A DNA stretch of 64,000 nucleotides from Microbacteriaceae bacterium UBA1487 (lineage in GTDB: Bacteria; Actinomycetota; Actinomycetes; Actinomycetales; Microbacteriaceae), in contig DCRR01000001.1 in NCBI GenBank assembly GCA_002325245.1, positions 8,312 through 72,311 of the forward strand, given 5' to 3'. The position numbers and the translations under genes were made by a program. The notes beneath the pieces are model-generated. The model was given only the letters and a program-made list of their open reading frames with translations. It did not search any database and was not told the origin of the DNA. Positions 41,532-49,421 of the stretch are shown in pieces (positions within the stretch are counted from its first letter, which is position 1; every line of letters begins with the position of its first letter).

Positions 41532-41558
41532 ATATGCTGCTTACGCAACTCAACGATT

Positions 41559-42182
41559 CTAGGGCATCCGAGACGCCCACTCGTCCACGACTCTCGTCGA
41601 GGCGGTGAGAGCCTGTTCGCTCGTCGGTCCGGGAGCGGGAACGAAGACCGCGCGGCGGTAGTAATCGAGCTCGCGGATCGACTCCAGAATGTCGGCGAGA
41701 GCCCGGTGTCCGCCGTTCTTGGCGGGCGACTGGAAGTAGACCCGCGGGTACCAATGGCGCGAGAGCTCCTTGATCGACGACACGTCGACGTTGCGGTAGT
41801 GCAGGTGCGAATCGACGCGGGGCATGTACTTTGCCAGGAACATGCGGTCGGTGCCGATCGTGTTTCCGGCGAGAGGTGCGCTCTGGTGGTCGGGGACGTA
41901 CTTCAGGATGTACTCGAGCACCTGGTATTCGGCATCGGCGAGCGTGACGCCGTTCGGGATCTCCTCGATCAGCCCGCTCTCGCGGTGCATGTTCGTCACG
42001 AACTCGTTCATGTTGTCGAGCGCCGACTGGTCGGGCTTGATCACGATCGTGAACCCCGGATCGACCAGATTCAGGTCGTAGTCGGTGATGACGACGGCGA
42101 CCTCGACGAGTTCGTCGACGTCGACATCGAGTCCCGTCATTTCGCAATCGATCCAGACGAGCAGATCTGATCCAGCAGCCAC
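41559..42182 (-). CDS. orn: oligoribonuclease
   Basis: DEDDh motifs LVWIDCEMTGLD, AGNTIGTDRMFL and HRALADI. Leaderless GTG start (TAGACT, 6 nt, GTG). Confidence 0.92.
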   Translation of the reverse strand: MAAGSDLLVWIDCEMTGLDVDVDELVEVAVVITDYDLNLVDPGFTIVIKPDQSALDNMNEFVTNMHRESGLIEEIPNGVTLADAEYQVLEYILKYVPDHQSAPLAGNTIGTDRMFLAKYMPRVDSHLHYRNVDVSSIKELSRHWYPRVYFQSPAKNGGHRALADILESIRELDYYRRAVFVPAPGPTSEQALTASTRVVDEWASRMP

Positions 42183-42228
42183 GCGCCGAGTCTAGTCGGC
42201 CCGACCGACGGGCTCCCGAGCCGGAAGA

Positions 42229-43014
42229 CTATGGACGGGCGTCGATCGGCCGCGGCTCGGGCAGCTTCGGCCCCATCCCGTCGCCGCTGGACACGCGGCG
42301 GAGGCGTCGGCCGAGCCACGGCAGGCCGTGCCGGCGAACCCAGTCGAGCGTCGAGATCGGCACGCCCGCGGTGCGTCCCGCATCCGGGTGGCTCGGCATC
42401 GCGTCGACGCCGAGCTGCGTCGCGGCGGTGCGTGCGATGGCGAGATGCCCGAGGGTGGAGGGGTGGATGCGGTCCTCCGACCAGGCGGAGCGCTCGCGGA
42501 GCGCCTCGAGCCCCCACAGGTCGAGGAGCACGCAGCCGTGGCGCGCGGCGATCGAGCCGAGGTGCGCGTTGAAGAGCGCGGTGCGCTGGCGCAGCACGCG
42601 CAGCATGCGTGCGCGGCCCGGGTCGAACACGGTGGCGAGCAGCACCGTGGCGCCGCCGCGCCGCAGCTCGGCGATGCACGGCTCGAGGCTCGCGGCGAGC
42701 TCATCCGGGTCGATGCGGAACGACATGAGGTCGTTGCCGCCCACCTGGATCGAGACCAGGTCGCCTCCCATCGCGCGCGCCGCCGGTGCCTGCTCGTCGA
42801 CGACGTGACGCACCCTCCGCCCGCGCACGGCCAGATTCGCGAACTCGAGGCGGGGCCCGCCCGCGGCCCGGCTGTCCGCGTCGAGCGAGAGCGCCAAGCG
42901 GTCGGCCCAGCCGAACCATGGTGCTCCGTCGCCCACGACCGGATCGCACCAGCCCTCGGTCACGGAGTCACCGAGGGCGATGAAGCGGGTCCAGGTCCGG
43001 GCTGCCACGATCAC
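42229..43014 (-). CDS. SGNH/GDSL hydrolase family protein
   Basis: Block I FIALGDSVTEG, block III GGND and block V DRIHP. Confidence 0.85.
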   Translation of the reverse strand: MIVAARTWTRFIALGDSVTEGWCDPVVGDGAPWFGWADRLALSLDADSRAAGGPRLEFANLAVRGRRVRHVVDEQAPAARAMGGDLVSIQVGGNDLMSFRIDPDELAASLEPCIAELRRGGATVLLATVFDPGRARMLRVLRQRTALFNAHLGSIAARHGCVLLDLWGLEALRERSAWSEDRIHPSTLGHLAIARTAATQLGVDAMPSHPDAGRTAGVPISTLDWVRRHGLPWLGRRLRRVSSGDGMGPKLPEPRPIDARP

Positions 43015-43153
43015 AGTGTCGCGAGGAGCAGGCCTGGTCGCCAGAGCGTCGAGTCAGGGTTTCTCGGAACGTCGACGAGAGTTCACGAAGCGGGCCGATT
43101 GTTCGAGAACGCGTCACCATGGCGTGGGCGTGTTCGGTCGATAGCATGACGGA

Positions 43154-43558
43154 ATGACGACGCGACCCCGGCTCGGGCGGTATGGCGCAGCGGGTGCGAT
43201 TGCGCTCGCGCTCGCTCTCGCGGGATGCGCGCCGGGCGATGCATCGAACCCCGTGGCCACCTTTCAGGTCGCCGGTGGGGAGACCTACCGAATCGAACTC
43301 GCTACTCCGGAACTCGTCGACCACGCCGAGCGGCTTCTCGCGGGCGAGCAGATCGCGGCCATTCCGCTCGGCACCGTCGTCCGCGACGAGGCGGGGGTCA
43401 ACGAGCCGTGGTCGTGGCACATCGACCCGGCGACGCTCGAGTTCGCTGAGATCACGATCGAGGTCTGCGACGGCCTGCCGAGCTACGTCGAGGACATGAC
43501 GATCACGAGCGACCAGTTCTGCCCGTGGTCGGCACAGGTGATCGCGGTCGAGCGATGA
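43154..43558 (+). CDS. hypothetical lipoprotein
   Basis: Signal peptide plus lipobox AIALALALAGC. 134 aa with 2 further Cys. Leaderless start (TAGCAT, 6 nt, ATG). Confidence 0.6.
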   Translation: MTTRPRLGRYGAAGAIALALALAGCAPGDASNPVATFQVAGGETYRIELATPELVDHAERLLAGEQIAAIPLGTVVRDEAGVNEPWSWHIDPATLEFAEITIEVCDGLPSYVEDMTITSDQFCPWSAQVIAVER

Positions 43559-43594
43559 GGAAATGCGCAGCGGGCCGCGCACGTTGAGAGTGCT

Positions 43595-43855
43595 GTGATC
43601 GTCGACCTCTACACCTCCGCCTTCTGCGGCTCGTGTCATGCGGCGCGCGCGACGCTCGCCGAGGCGGCGCGGCTGGTGCCGGGCGCCTCCGTCGTCGAGC
43701 GCGACGTCGTCGCGTTCGCGGACGACGCGGAGCGGGAGGGCATCGTCGCGACGCCGACCGTGATCGTGCGCCGCGATGACGGAACCGAGGTGTTCCGCGC
43801 CGCGGGAGCGCCGCCCCTCGACGCGGTGCTGCGCGCGCTCGCGCTCGCGGTGTGA
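43595..43855 (+). CDS. thioredoxin-fold protein (glutaredoxin-like, CxxC)
   Basis: 86 aa. IVDLYTSAFCGSCHAA (CGSC active site) and VATPTVIV (cis-Pro loop). Confidence 0.7.
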   Translation: MIVDLYTSAFCGSCHAARATLAEAARLVPGASVVERDVVAFADDAEREGIVATPTVIVRRDDGTEVFRAAGAPPLDAVLRALALAV

Positions 43856-43901
43856 GCGATCCGGGTCACCGGATGCTCGGGCGATAGGGCACGCTGTCGG
43901 G

Positions 43902-44963
43902 ATGACGAGCTTCGAGGATCGACTGACGGCGATGTGCGCTCGCGTCAACGCGCGTGCCGATGTCAGCGAGCTGTCGCTGCGGGTGACCGACCGTTCCGGC
44001 GAGATCGACGCCGCGTGGAGCGCTCCCGGGGCGCGGGCCACCCACTGCATCGCCAGCAGCACGAAGCCGTTCGCGGCCGCACTGATCCTGCGGCGGGTCG
44101 CGTCGGGCGAGCTCGGCCTCGACCAGCCGCTCGTGAGCATCGTTCCCCGCGATGAGCTCACGGGTCTCAACCGCGTCGGAGGAACCGACCGTGCCGATGA
44201 GCTGACGGTGCGCGACGTGCTGGCCCACACCTCGGGCATCCCGAACTACTATGCCGCGAAGGCGCTCGATCCGAACAGCGACATCGCCGCCGTGACCGCG
44301 GCGGATCCCGGGTGGAGCTACTCCGACGCCCTCGAGATCGCCCGCGGCATGGAGGCGAAGTTCGCTCCGCACAGCGGGCGAGCCGAATACAGCTTCACGA
44401 ACTACCAGCTGGTCACGCGCGTGATCGAGGTGGTGACCGGGGTCCCGCTCGCCGAGGCGCTGACACGCGAGATCATCGAGCCGATGGGGCTTCGCGACAC
44501 CGCGCTGCTGACGCCGGCCTCGCTGGAGCTGTTCGATCGCGCATCGCCGGTTCTCCATGGTCGGCAGTCATATCGCGGCGCGCGTCGGCTCGCCTCGCTC
44601 GGAGCCGAAGGCGCCCTGGTGTCGAGCACGGCCGACACGATGCGGTTCCTGCGCGCGATGCTCGACGGCGAGGCCCTCGGCGACGGCATGCTGCAGCGTG
44701 CGCTCTCCGACCGGCTCCCGATCTTCCCCGGCGCGAGCTACGGCCTCGGCGTGATGGCGCTGACGCTGCCGCGACTGCTGACCGGCCTTCCGCGTCCCGG
44801 GCTGCTCATCGGCCACGCGGGAATGACCGGGCACTTCATGTTCGGCGACCCGGTCAGCGGGCTGGCCGCCGTCGGCACGACCAACCAGCTCGCCGACCCG
44901 CGGCGTTCGATTCGGGTGCTGATCGGCGCGCTGCGCGCGGCCCGGTCGGTCAGTCGAGGCTGA
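43902..44963 (+). CDS. serine hydrolase (beta-lactamase/PBP-like, class C fold)
   Basis: SxxK motif IASSTKPF, a Tyr-x-Asn-region analogue and HAGMTGH (KTG-like). ATG 43902. The 3' end overlaps the convergent AMP-ligase gene by 14 nt. Confidence 0.85.
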   Translation: MTSFEDRLTAMCARVNARADVSELSLRVTDRSGEIDAAWSAPGARATHCIASSTKPFAAALILRRVASGELGLDQPLVSIVPRDELTGLNRVGGTDRADELTVRDVLAHTSGIPNYYAAKALDPNSDIAAVTAADPGWSYSDALEIARGMEAKFAPHSGRAEYSFTNYQLVTRVIEVVTGVPLAEALTREIIEPMGLRDTALLTPASLELFDRASPVLHGRQSYRGARRLASLGAEGALVSSTADTMRFLRAMLDGEALGDGMLQRALSDRLPIFPGASYGLGVMALTLPRLLTGLPRPGLLIGHAGMTGHFMFGDPVSGLAAVGTTNQLADPRRSIRVLIGALRAARSVSRG

Positions 44964-46398
44964 GTCGCCGCCGGAACTCGTCGGTGAGCCGCCTGCGCTC
45001 CACCTTGCCCATGCGATTGCGGGGGATCGTGGCGACCCGCCCGAACACGGTCGGATGCTTGCCCGGCATTCGTTGGCGCAGCATGCGGTCGAGTGCGCGC
45101 AGGTCGCCGTTCGCCTCGGCGACGACCGCGAGTCCCAGCTCCGGAACGCCGGCCCGTCGTTCGATGACGAAGGCTGCCGCGTCGGTCACGCCCGGGAAGC
45201 CCTCGATCACGGCGTCCACGCTCGCCGGGTCGATCTTCACCCCGCCCAGATTGATGAGCTCGGAGTCGCGGCCGTCGAGAACGAGGTGGCCGGATGCGTT
45301 CAGCATCCCGCGGTCGCCGGGGTGGAACCACCCCGCCCGGAAGGAGCTGCCGGATCCCTCGTTCAGATACCCCGACGCGAGACCCGGGCCGCGATAGCGG
45401 ACCTCTCCCGAGTTGCCCGTGGCAACGCCGATGCCATCCGCGTCGACGATCTCGAGATCGATGCCCGGCAGAAGCGCCCCGGTGTCGGACGGATCGTCTC
45501 CCTCGGCCAGGAGCGTCATCGAGATCCCGCCGCCCTCGGTCGACCCGTAGACGCTCTTGATGGGCACCCCGTGCTCCCGGGTGGCGGCCGCCACGAATCC
45601 GGGCGTCGGGGCGGCGCCCGCCGTGCGGATCTCCCTCAACGTGGGCAGCGTGATCGCGTGTTCGCGCAGCAGCCCGAGCGCGTGGCCGACCTGGACGGGA
45701 GACCCGGCGAGCACGGCGATGCTCATCGCGGCGGCGGCGCGCAGCGTGCGCAGGTCGATCTGGTTCATCGCCAGGTAGGGGACGCCGTGGCGCAGCGCCG
45801 CGAGGGCCGTGTGGAAGCCGCCCGTCGTCGAGAGCGTCATGAGGTTCAGCTCGACCCGGCCATCGGTCCAGTAGCTGTCGAGGTTGCTGAGCCGGTGCTC
45901 GACGGCCGCGACCGAGAGCATCGCGGCGCGCGGCTCACCGGTGGTGCCGCTGGTCAGGATCAGTCGGCACGTCGAGTCGGGGCGCGGGAAGTGCACCGCG
46001 GGCGGTCCGGGCTCTCCCCGGTCGTGGTACTCGGACACGGCGTCGTCCAGCCAGAGCCGGTCGATCGTCACGGTGAGCGCGGCGGTGGCCAGCATCCGCG
46101 CGGGGTCGGTGATCAGCACGTCCGCGCCCAGGGCGATCGGCTCCACGAGTCCGCTCAGCGACAGCGAACGCGCGGCGAGCCGGAAGAGAGCGAGGGTGAC
46201 GATCCAGTCGAGCGCGGGCTCGAGGTCGATGGCGACGAGCTGGCGCGGGCGGATGCCCTCCTCGCGAAGCCGGGTCGCGACGGCGGAAACGGCGACGTCC
46301 AGTTCGGCGAAGGTCCACTGCCGGTCGATCGCCGCGAGCGCCACGCCTTCGCTGTCGTCTTCGGCGTGGGCTCGCAGCTGATGCACGGAAGAAAACAT
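44950..46398 (-). CDS. AMP-dependent synthetase/ligase (adenylate-forming enzyme)
   Basis: A3 motif LTSGTTGEPRA, A5 YGSTEGG, A7 FHPGDRG, A8 GRDSELINLGGVKI and A10 PRNRMGKV. ATG 46398. Confidence 0.85.
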   Translation of the reverse strand: MFSSVHQLRAHAEDDSEGVALAAIDRQWTFAELDVAVSAVATRLREEGIRPRQLVAIDLEPALDWIVTLALFRLAARSLSLSGLVEPIALGADVLITDPARMLATAALTVTIDRLWLDDAVSEYHDRGEPGPPAVHFPRPDSTCRLILTSGTTGEPRAAMLSVAAVEHRLSNLDSYWTDGRVELNLMTLSTTGGFHTALAALRHGVPYLAMNQIDLRTLRAAAAMSIAVLAGSPVQVGHALGLLREHAITLPTLREIRTAGAAPTPGFVAAATREHGVPIKSVYGSTEGGGISMTLLAEGDDPSDTGALLPGIDLEIVDADGIGVATGNSGEVRYRGPGLASGYLNEGSGSSFRAGWFHPGDRGMLNASGHLVLDGRDSELINLGGVKIDPASVDAVIEGFPGVTDAAAFVIERRAGVPELGLAVVAEANGDLRALDRMLRQRMPGKHPTVFGRVATIPRNRMGKVERRRLTDEFRRRLSLD

Positions 46399-46514
46399 GA
46401 CGCTCCGGTCCTCGGGTGTCGCTGGTGTCCGCCCCCACTGTAGGGTGAACCGACTTGCCCGTGACTTGTCCCCCCGATTCACGGGTTCACCCCGACGCTC
46501 TGTGAGGAGCCCCC

Positions 46515-48161
46515 GTGGCCGAGGCTGTGCCCCCGACGACCGCTTTCGGACCTCTGGCGCGACGCCGCATATCACGGACGGCCGCCGCCGTCGCCTCCAG
46601 CGGGCTGCTGGTCGGCATCGGCGCCAGCCCGGCCTGGGCGGCGCCCGCGGATGACTGCGACGTCGCGAACACAGTGACGGCTCCCGGGGAGGGGGCGGCC
46701 GAGATCCAGGCGCTGCTGGACGCGGACACCGCGACGGTCTGCCTGTCGGGAACGTTCACCCTGACGGCACCGCTGACCTTCGACCACGACCTGGTCATCT
46801 TCGGCCTCGACTCTGCGGTTCTCGACGGCGACGGGGTCACGAACATCCTGGAAGGCACGTCGGGCGCACGCCTCTCGGCGGGGTACCTGTCCTTCGTCAA
46901 CGGGGTCGGCACCTCGGGCGGTGCTATCACCGTCGACGGCGACCTGACCGTCGGCTCCTCGTCGTTCACCGGCAACCTGGCGACCGCGGGCGGCGGCGCG
47001 ATCTTCGCGGATGGCGACGGCAGCCTTGAGGTTGAGATCTTCGACTCGACCTTCACGAACAACTCGACGGGGTTGAGCGGCGCTCCCGGCGGCGCGGTCT
47101 TCGCCGACGGGGAGAGCACGGTCTACATCTTCGATTCGACCTTCGACGGCAATCAGGCGGGCGAGTTCGGCGGCGCGGTCGCCGGCTACGTGGTGCTGGC
47201 CGAGACCTCGACGTTCATCGACAACGAGGCGGAGTTCGGCGGCGCGCTCTACGGCTTCGCCACCCTCACCGTCGAGTCGACGTTCGCCGAGAACGCCGCG
47301 GTGCAGGGAGGGGCGAACGCCTCCGTGTACTACGCCGCCGTGGTGGACTCGACCTTCGTCGGCAACACGGCCGAAGAAATCGGTGGCGCGCTCGTCGCCG
47401 CTGACTTCGCCGTGATCCAGAACTCCACCTTCGTCGACAACGATGGGGGCGAGGTCGGCGGCGCGCTCGCAACGGCGGGCGGCTCGATCACGTTCACCAC
47501 ATTCCTCGGCAACGAGGCCGACGAGGCCGACGCCGTGATGATCTTCGAGGAGGGCTTCGGCTCCGGCGAGTTCGACGATCTGGAGCTCGGCGGCAACATC
47601 TTCGCCGGGACCAGCGGCAACTCCCAGCTCCGCCTCGACAGCCCCGGCGACGACTCTGCATCGTTCACCGATCTGGGAGGCAACGTCTTCAGCACGTCCC
47701 GCGCGGCGGAGTCGGATCTCGAGCCGGCGCACGAGAGCTCGCTGTTCTCGCGTTCGGTGGAGGACATCTTCGGACCGAATCCCGCGCCGACCGACAACGG
47801 CGGTGCCACCGAGACCGTGGCGCTCGTCGCGGGAAGCCCGGCGATCGACGCGGTCCCCGACATCGACGTCGAGTGGATCTTCACCGCCGACGAGGTGTTC
47901 TTGGAGGACTTCGCGGCGTCCAGCGATAGCTTCGCCGCGGTCGATGACTACTTCGCGGTGGCTGATGACGAAGAGACCTTCGATCAGCGCGGAGTGAAGC
48001 GAACGGCTCTCGCCGATGCCGGGTCCTTCGAATACGGTGTCGCGGAGCTGGCGTCGACAGGACCGGAGAACGCGTCGCAGGCGACCTGGTTCGCTGCGGT
48101 GCTGGTGGCGCTCGGCTCGCTGGTGCTCCTCGTGTCGCGCCGCAGTCGGCGCCTTTCCTAA
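46515..48161 (+). CDS. sortase-anchored (LAxTG) surface protein with Pmp-like FxxN/GGA[ILV] beta-helix repeats
   Basis: Signal peptide ending ASPAWA|AP. Eight alternating FxxN and GGA(I/V/L/N) motifs (aa 125-335). C-terminal LASTG, a hydrophobic helix and SRRSRRLS. GAGGAG SD before GTG 46515. Confidence 0.8.
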   Translation: MAEAVPPTTAFGPLARRRISRTAAAVASSGLLVGIGASPAWAAPADDCDVANTVTAPGEGAAEIQALLDADTATVCLSGTFTLTAPLTFDHDLVIFGLDSAVLDGDGVTNILEGTSGARLSAGYLSFVNGVGTSGGAITVDGDLTVGSSSFTGNLATAGGGAIFADGDGSLEVEIFDSTFTNNSTGLSGAPGGAVFADGESTVYIFDSTFDGNQAGEFGGAVAGYVVLAETSTFIDNEAEFGGALYGFATLTVESTFAENAAVQGGANASVYYAAVVDSTFVGNTAEEIGGALVAADFAVIQNSTFVDNDGGEVGGALATAGGSITFTTFLGNEADEADAVMIFEEGFGSGEFDDLELGGNIFAGTSGNSQLRLDSPGDDSASFTDLGGNVFSTSRAAESDLEPAHESSLFSRSVEDIFGPNPAPTDNGGATETVALVAGSPAIDAVPDIDVEWIFTADEVFLEDFAASSDSFAAVDDYFAVADDEETFDQRGVKRTALADAGSFEYGVAELASTGPENASQATWFAAVLVALGSLVLLVSRRSRRLS

Positions 48162-48244
48162 CCGCCCGAGTCCGGCTCTTCTCGGACGCGCGCGCGTCGG
48201 GGCGTGCGGGCCGAGCGGGGAGCCCTGCGATACCCTGGCGAGGC

Positions 48245-48317
48245 GCCCTCGTAGCTCAGCGGATAGAGCAGGAGCCTTCTAATCTCTTGGTCGCAGGTTC
48301 GATTCCTGCCGAGGGCA
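48245..48317 (+). tRNA. tRNA-Arg (anticodon TCT)
   Basis: Manual fold: acceptor GCCCUCG/CGAGGGC, D-arm GCUC-AGCGGAUA-GAGC, anticodon loop CUUCUAA, T-arm GCAGG-UUCGAUU-CCUGC, discriminator A. No encoded CCA. Confidence 0.9.
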
Positions 48318-48328
48318 CATCCCGAACG
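48293..48328 (+). repeat. direct repeat copy 1 (T-arm + 3' acceptor of tRNA-Arg + 11 nt downstream)
   Basis: gcaGGTTCGATTCCTGCCGAGGGCACATCCCGAACG. 35/36 identical to copy 2, which lies 81 nt downstream. Confidence 0.95.
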
Positions 48329-48373
48329 CTCGCCCAGTTGCGGACCGTGCCACGCCGCGCACCGCGATGCGGT

Positions 48374-48409
48374 GCGGGTTCGATTCCTGCCGAGGGCACA
48401 TCCCGAACG
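48374..48409 (+). repeat. direct repeat copy 2 (orphan tRNA-Arg 3' half, att-like)
   Basis: gcgGGTTCGATTCCTGCCGAGGGCACATCCCGAACG. No matching tRNA 5' half upstream. Preceded by a 7-bp hairpin GCACCGC-gat-GCGGTGC (48359-48375). Confidence 0.95.
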
Positions 48410-48415
48410 GGCGCC

Positions 48416-49039
48416 TCAGCGTGCCGCGGTCTCCGGCTCGATCTCGCCTTCGAGCACGATGTCGCCGTGCTCGTCGCGCGAGGAGGCAGCCGTCTGCTCG
48501 GCGGCCCAGCGCTGCTGATCGGCGACGACCGGGTCGACCGGATCCGTTTCGTACTTCCAGCGCTCGAGGTCGAGCCCGAACAGCTTCTTGGCGCGGCGCG
48601 GGTGCGCAACCCAGTCGACGAGACGCTCGCGGTACTCGCGCAGGCTCTGCTCGGCTTGGAAGCTGAAGCTCACCGAGTTGACGCGCATGTCGGCGAGCTC
48701 GTGCGCGGCCCAGTCGGCTGCCATCGCGGCGCCTGAGATCGGGAGGAGTCGCACCTGGATGTCGGCGGCGGCGGCCAGCTGCTGGGAGTGATCCTTGGCG
48801 GCGGCGGACTGACTGTGCCAGGTGGCGGCGTGCGTCGCCGCGGCGACGAGGGCGGCGACGGCCGCGGCACGTGTCTCCCGGTCGCGCTGGTCCACGAGTC
48901 GTCGGGTCGCCGAGCGGCCGATGGCCGCTCCCATGAACCCCGCGATCAGGACGGCGAAGAACGGCAGGACCGTTCCCGTCACGAATTGCTGGCCGTTCGC
49001 CGACCAGAACCATTCCACGAAGCTGTTCCACCACTGCAT
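48416..49039 (-). CDS. hypothetical membrane-anchored protein
   Basis: MQWWNSFVEWFW... with one N-terminal TM helix (VLPFFAVLIAGFMGAAIG) followed by an Ala-rich helical domain. Leaderless start (TAGTGT, 6 nt, ATG). Confidence 0.5.
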   Translation of the reverse strand: MQWWNSFVEWFWSANGQQFVTGTVLPFFAVLIAGFMGAAIGRSATRRLVDQRDRETRAAAVAALVAAATHAATWHSQSAAAKDHSQQLAAAADIQVRLLPISGAAMAADWAAHELADMRVNSVSFSFQAEQSLREYRERLVDWVAHPRRAKKLFGLDLERWKYETDPVDPVVADQQRWAAEQTAASSRDEHGDIVLEGEIEPETAAR

Positions 49040-49142
49040 AGCCGCACACTATCCCCGGAATGCGCCGCATCCCGGTTGATTCGTGCGAGCGCGTCGAACT
49101 CTCGGGGGGCGCTCAGCCACGCCTCATCGCGCGCGGGCGTCG

Positions 49143-49412
49143 TCAGCCGTAGCGCAGGGCGTCGATCGCCTCGTCGACGTCGTCGAACTCCCCGAGCTCG
49201 GTCAGCTGCGACGCCCCGCGCGCGAGGCGCTTGCTGACCCACCGCGCGCCCGGCTCCGACGGCTCCCGGGGGTCGAGGTAGCCGAGGACCTCGCCCGAGC
49301 CGAGCACGACGCGGTGAAGCCCGCTCGCGAGCGCGACCACGCGGATCCCGTGGCGGAGGTGCCGGGGCGCGAGCTCGCCGAGTGCCGGCATTCGTTCCCG
49401 CAGCAGGTTCAT
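49143..49412 (-). CDS. small hypothetical protein (89 aa)
   Basis: Leaderless-type start (TAGTCT, 6 nt, ATG). No family recognised. Codon usage is consistent with coding (GC3-rich). Confidence 0.4.
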   Translation of the reverse strand: MNLLRERMPALGELAPRHLRHGIRVVALASGLHRVVLGSGEVLGYLDPREPSEPGARWVSKRLARGASQLTELGEFDDVDEAIDALRYG

Positions 49413-49421
49413 GGGCTCAGA

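Noticed and set aside
41447-41548. The 5' part of the 123-aa clpS track ORF (MRKQHMAVVAQLVERWLVVPDVAGSSPVGRPDS).
   Set aside because: This stretch is the same-strand translation of the tRNA-His gene (41456-41531), not protein-coding sequence.
48256-49070. Minus-strand ORFs 48256-48609 and 48279-49070 crossing tRNA-Arg and the att-like repeat.
   Set aside because: They overlap a tRNA and repeat DNA, their composition is Arg/Pro/Ala-rich nonsense, and the frame 48416-49039 gives a sensible membrane-anchored protein with a leaderless promoter.
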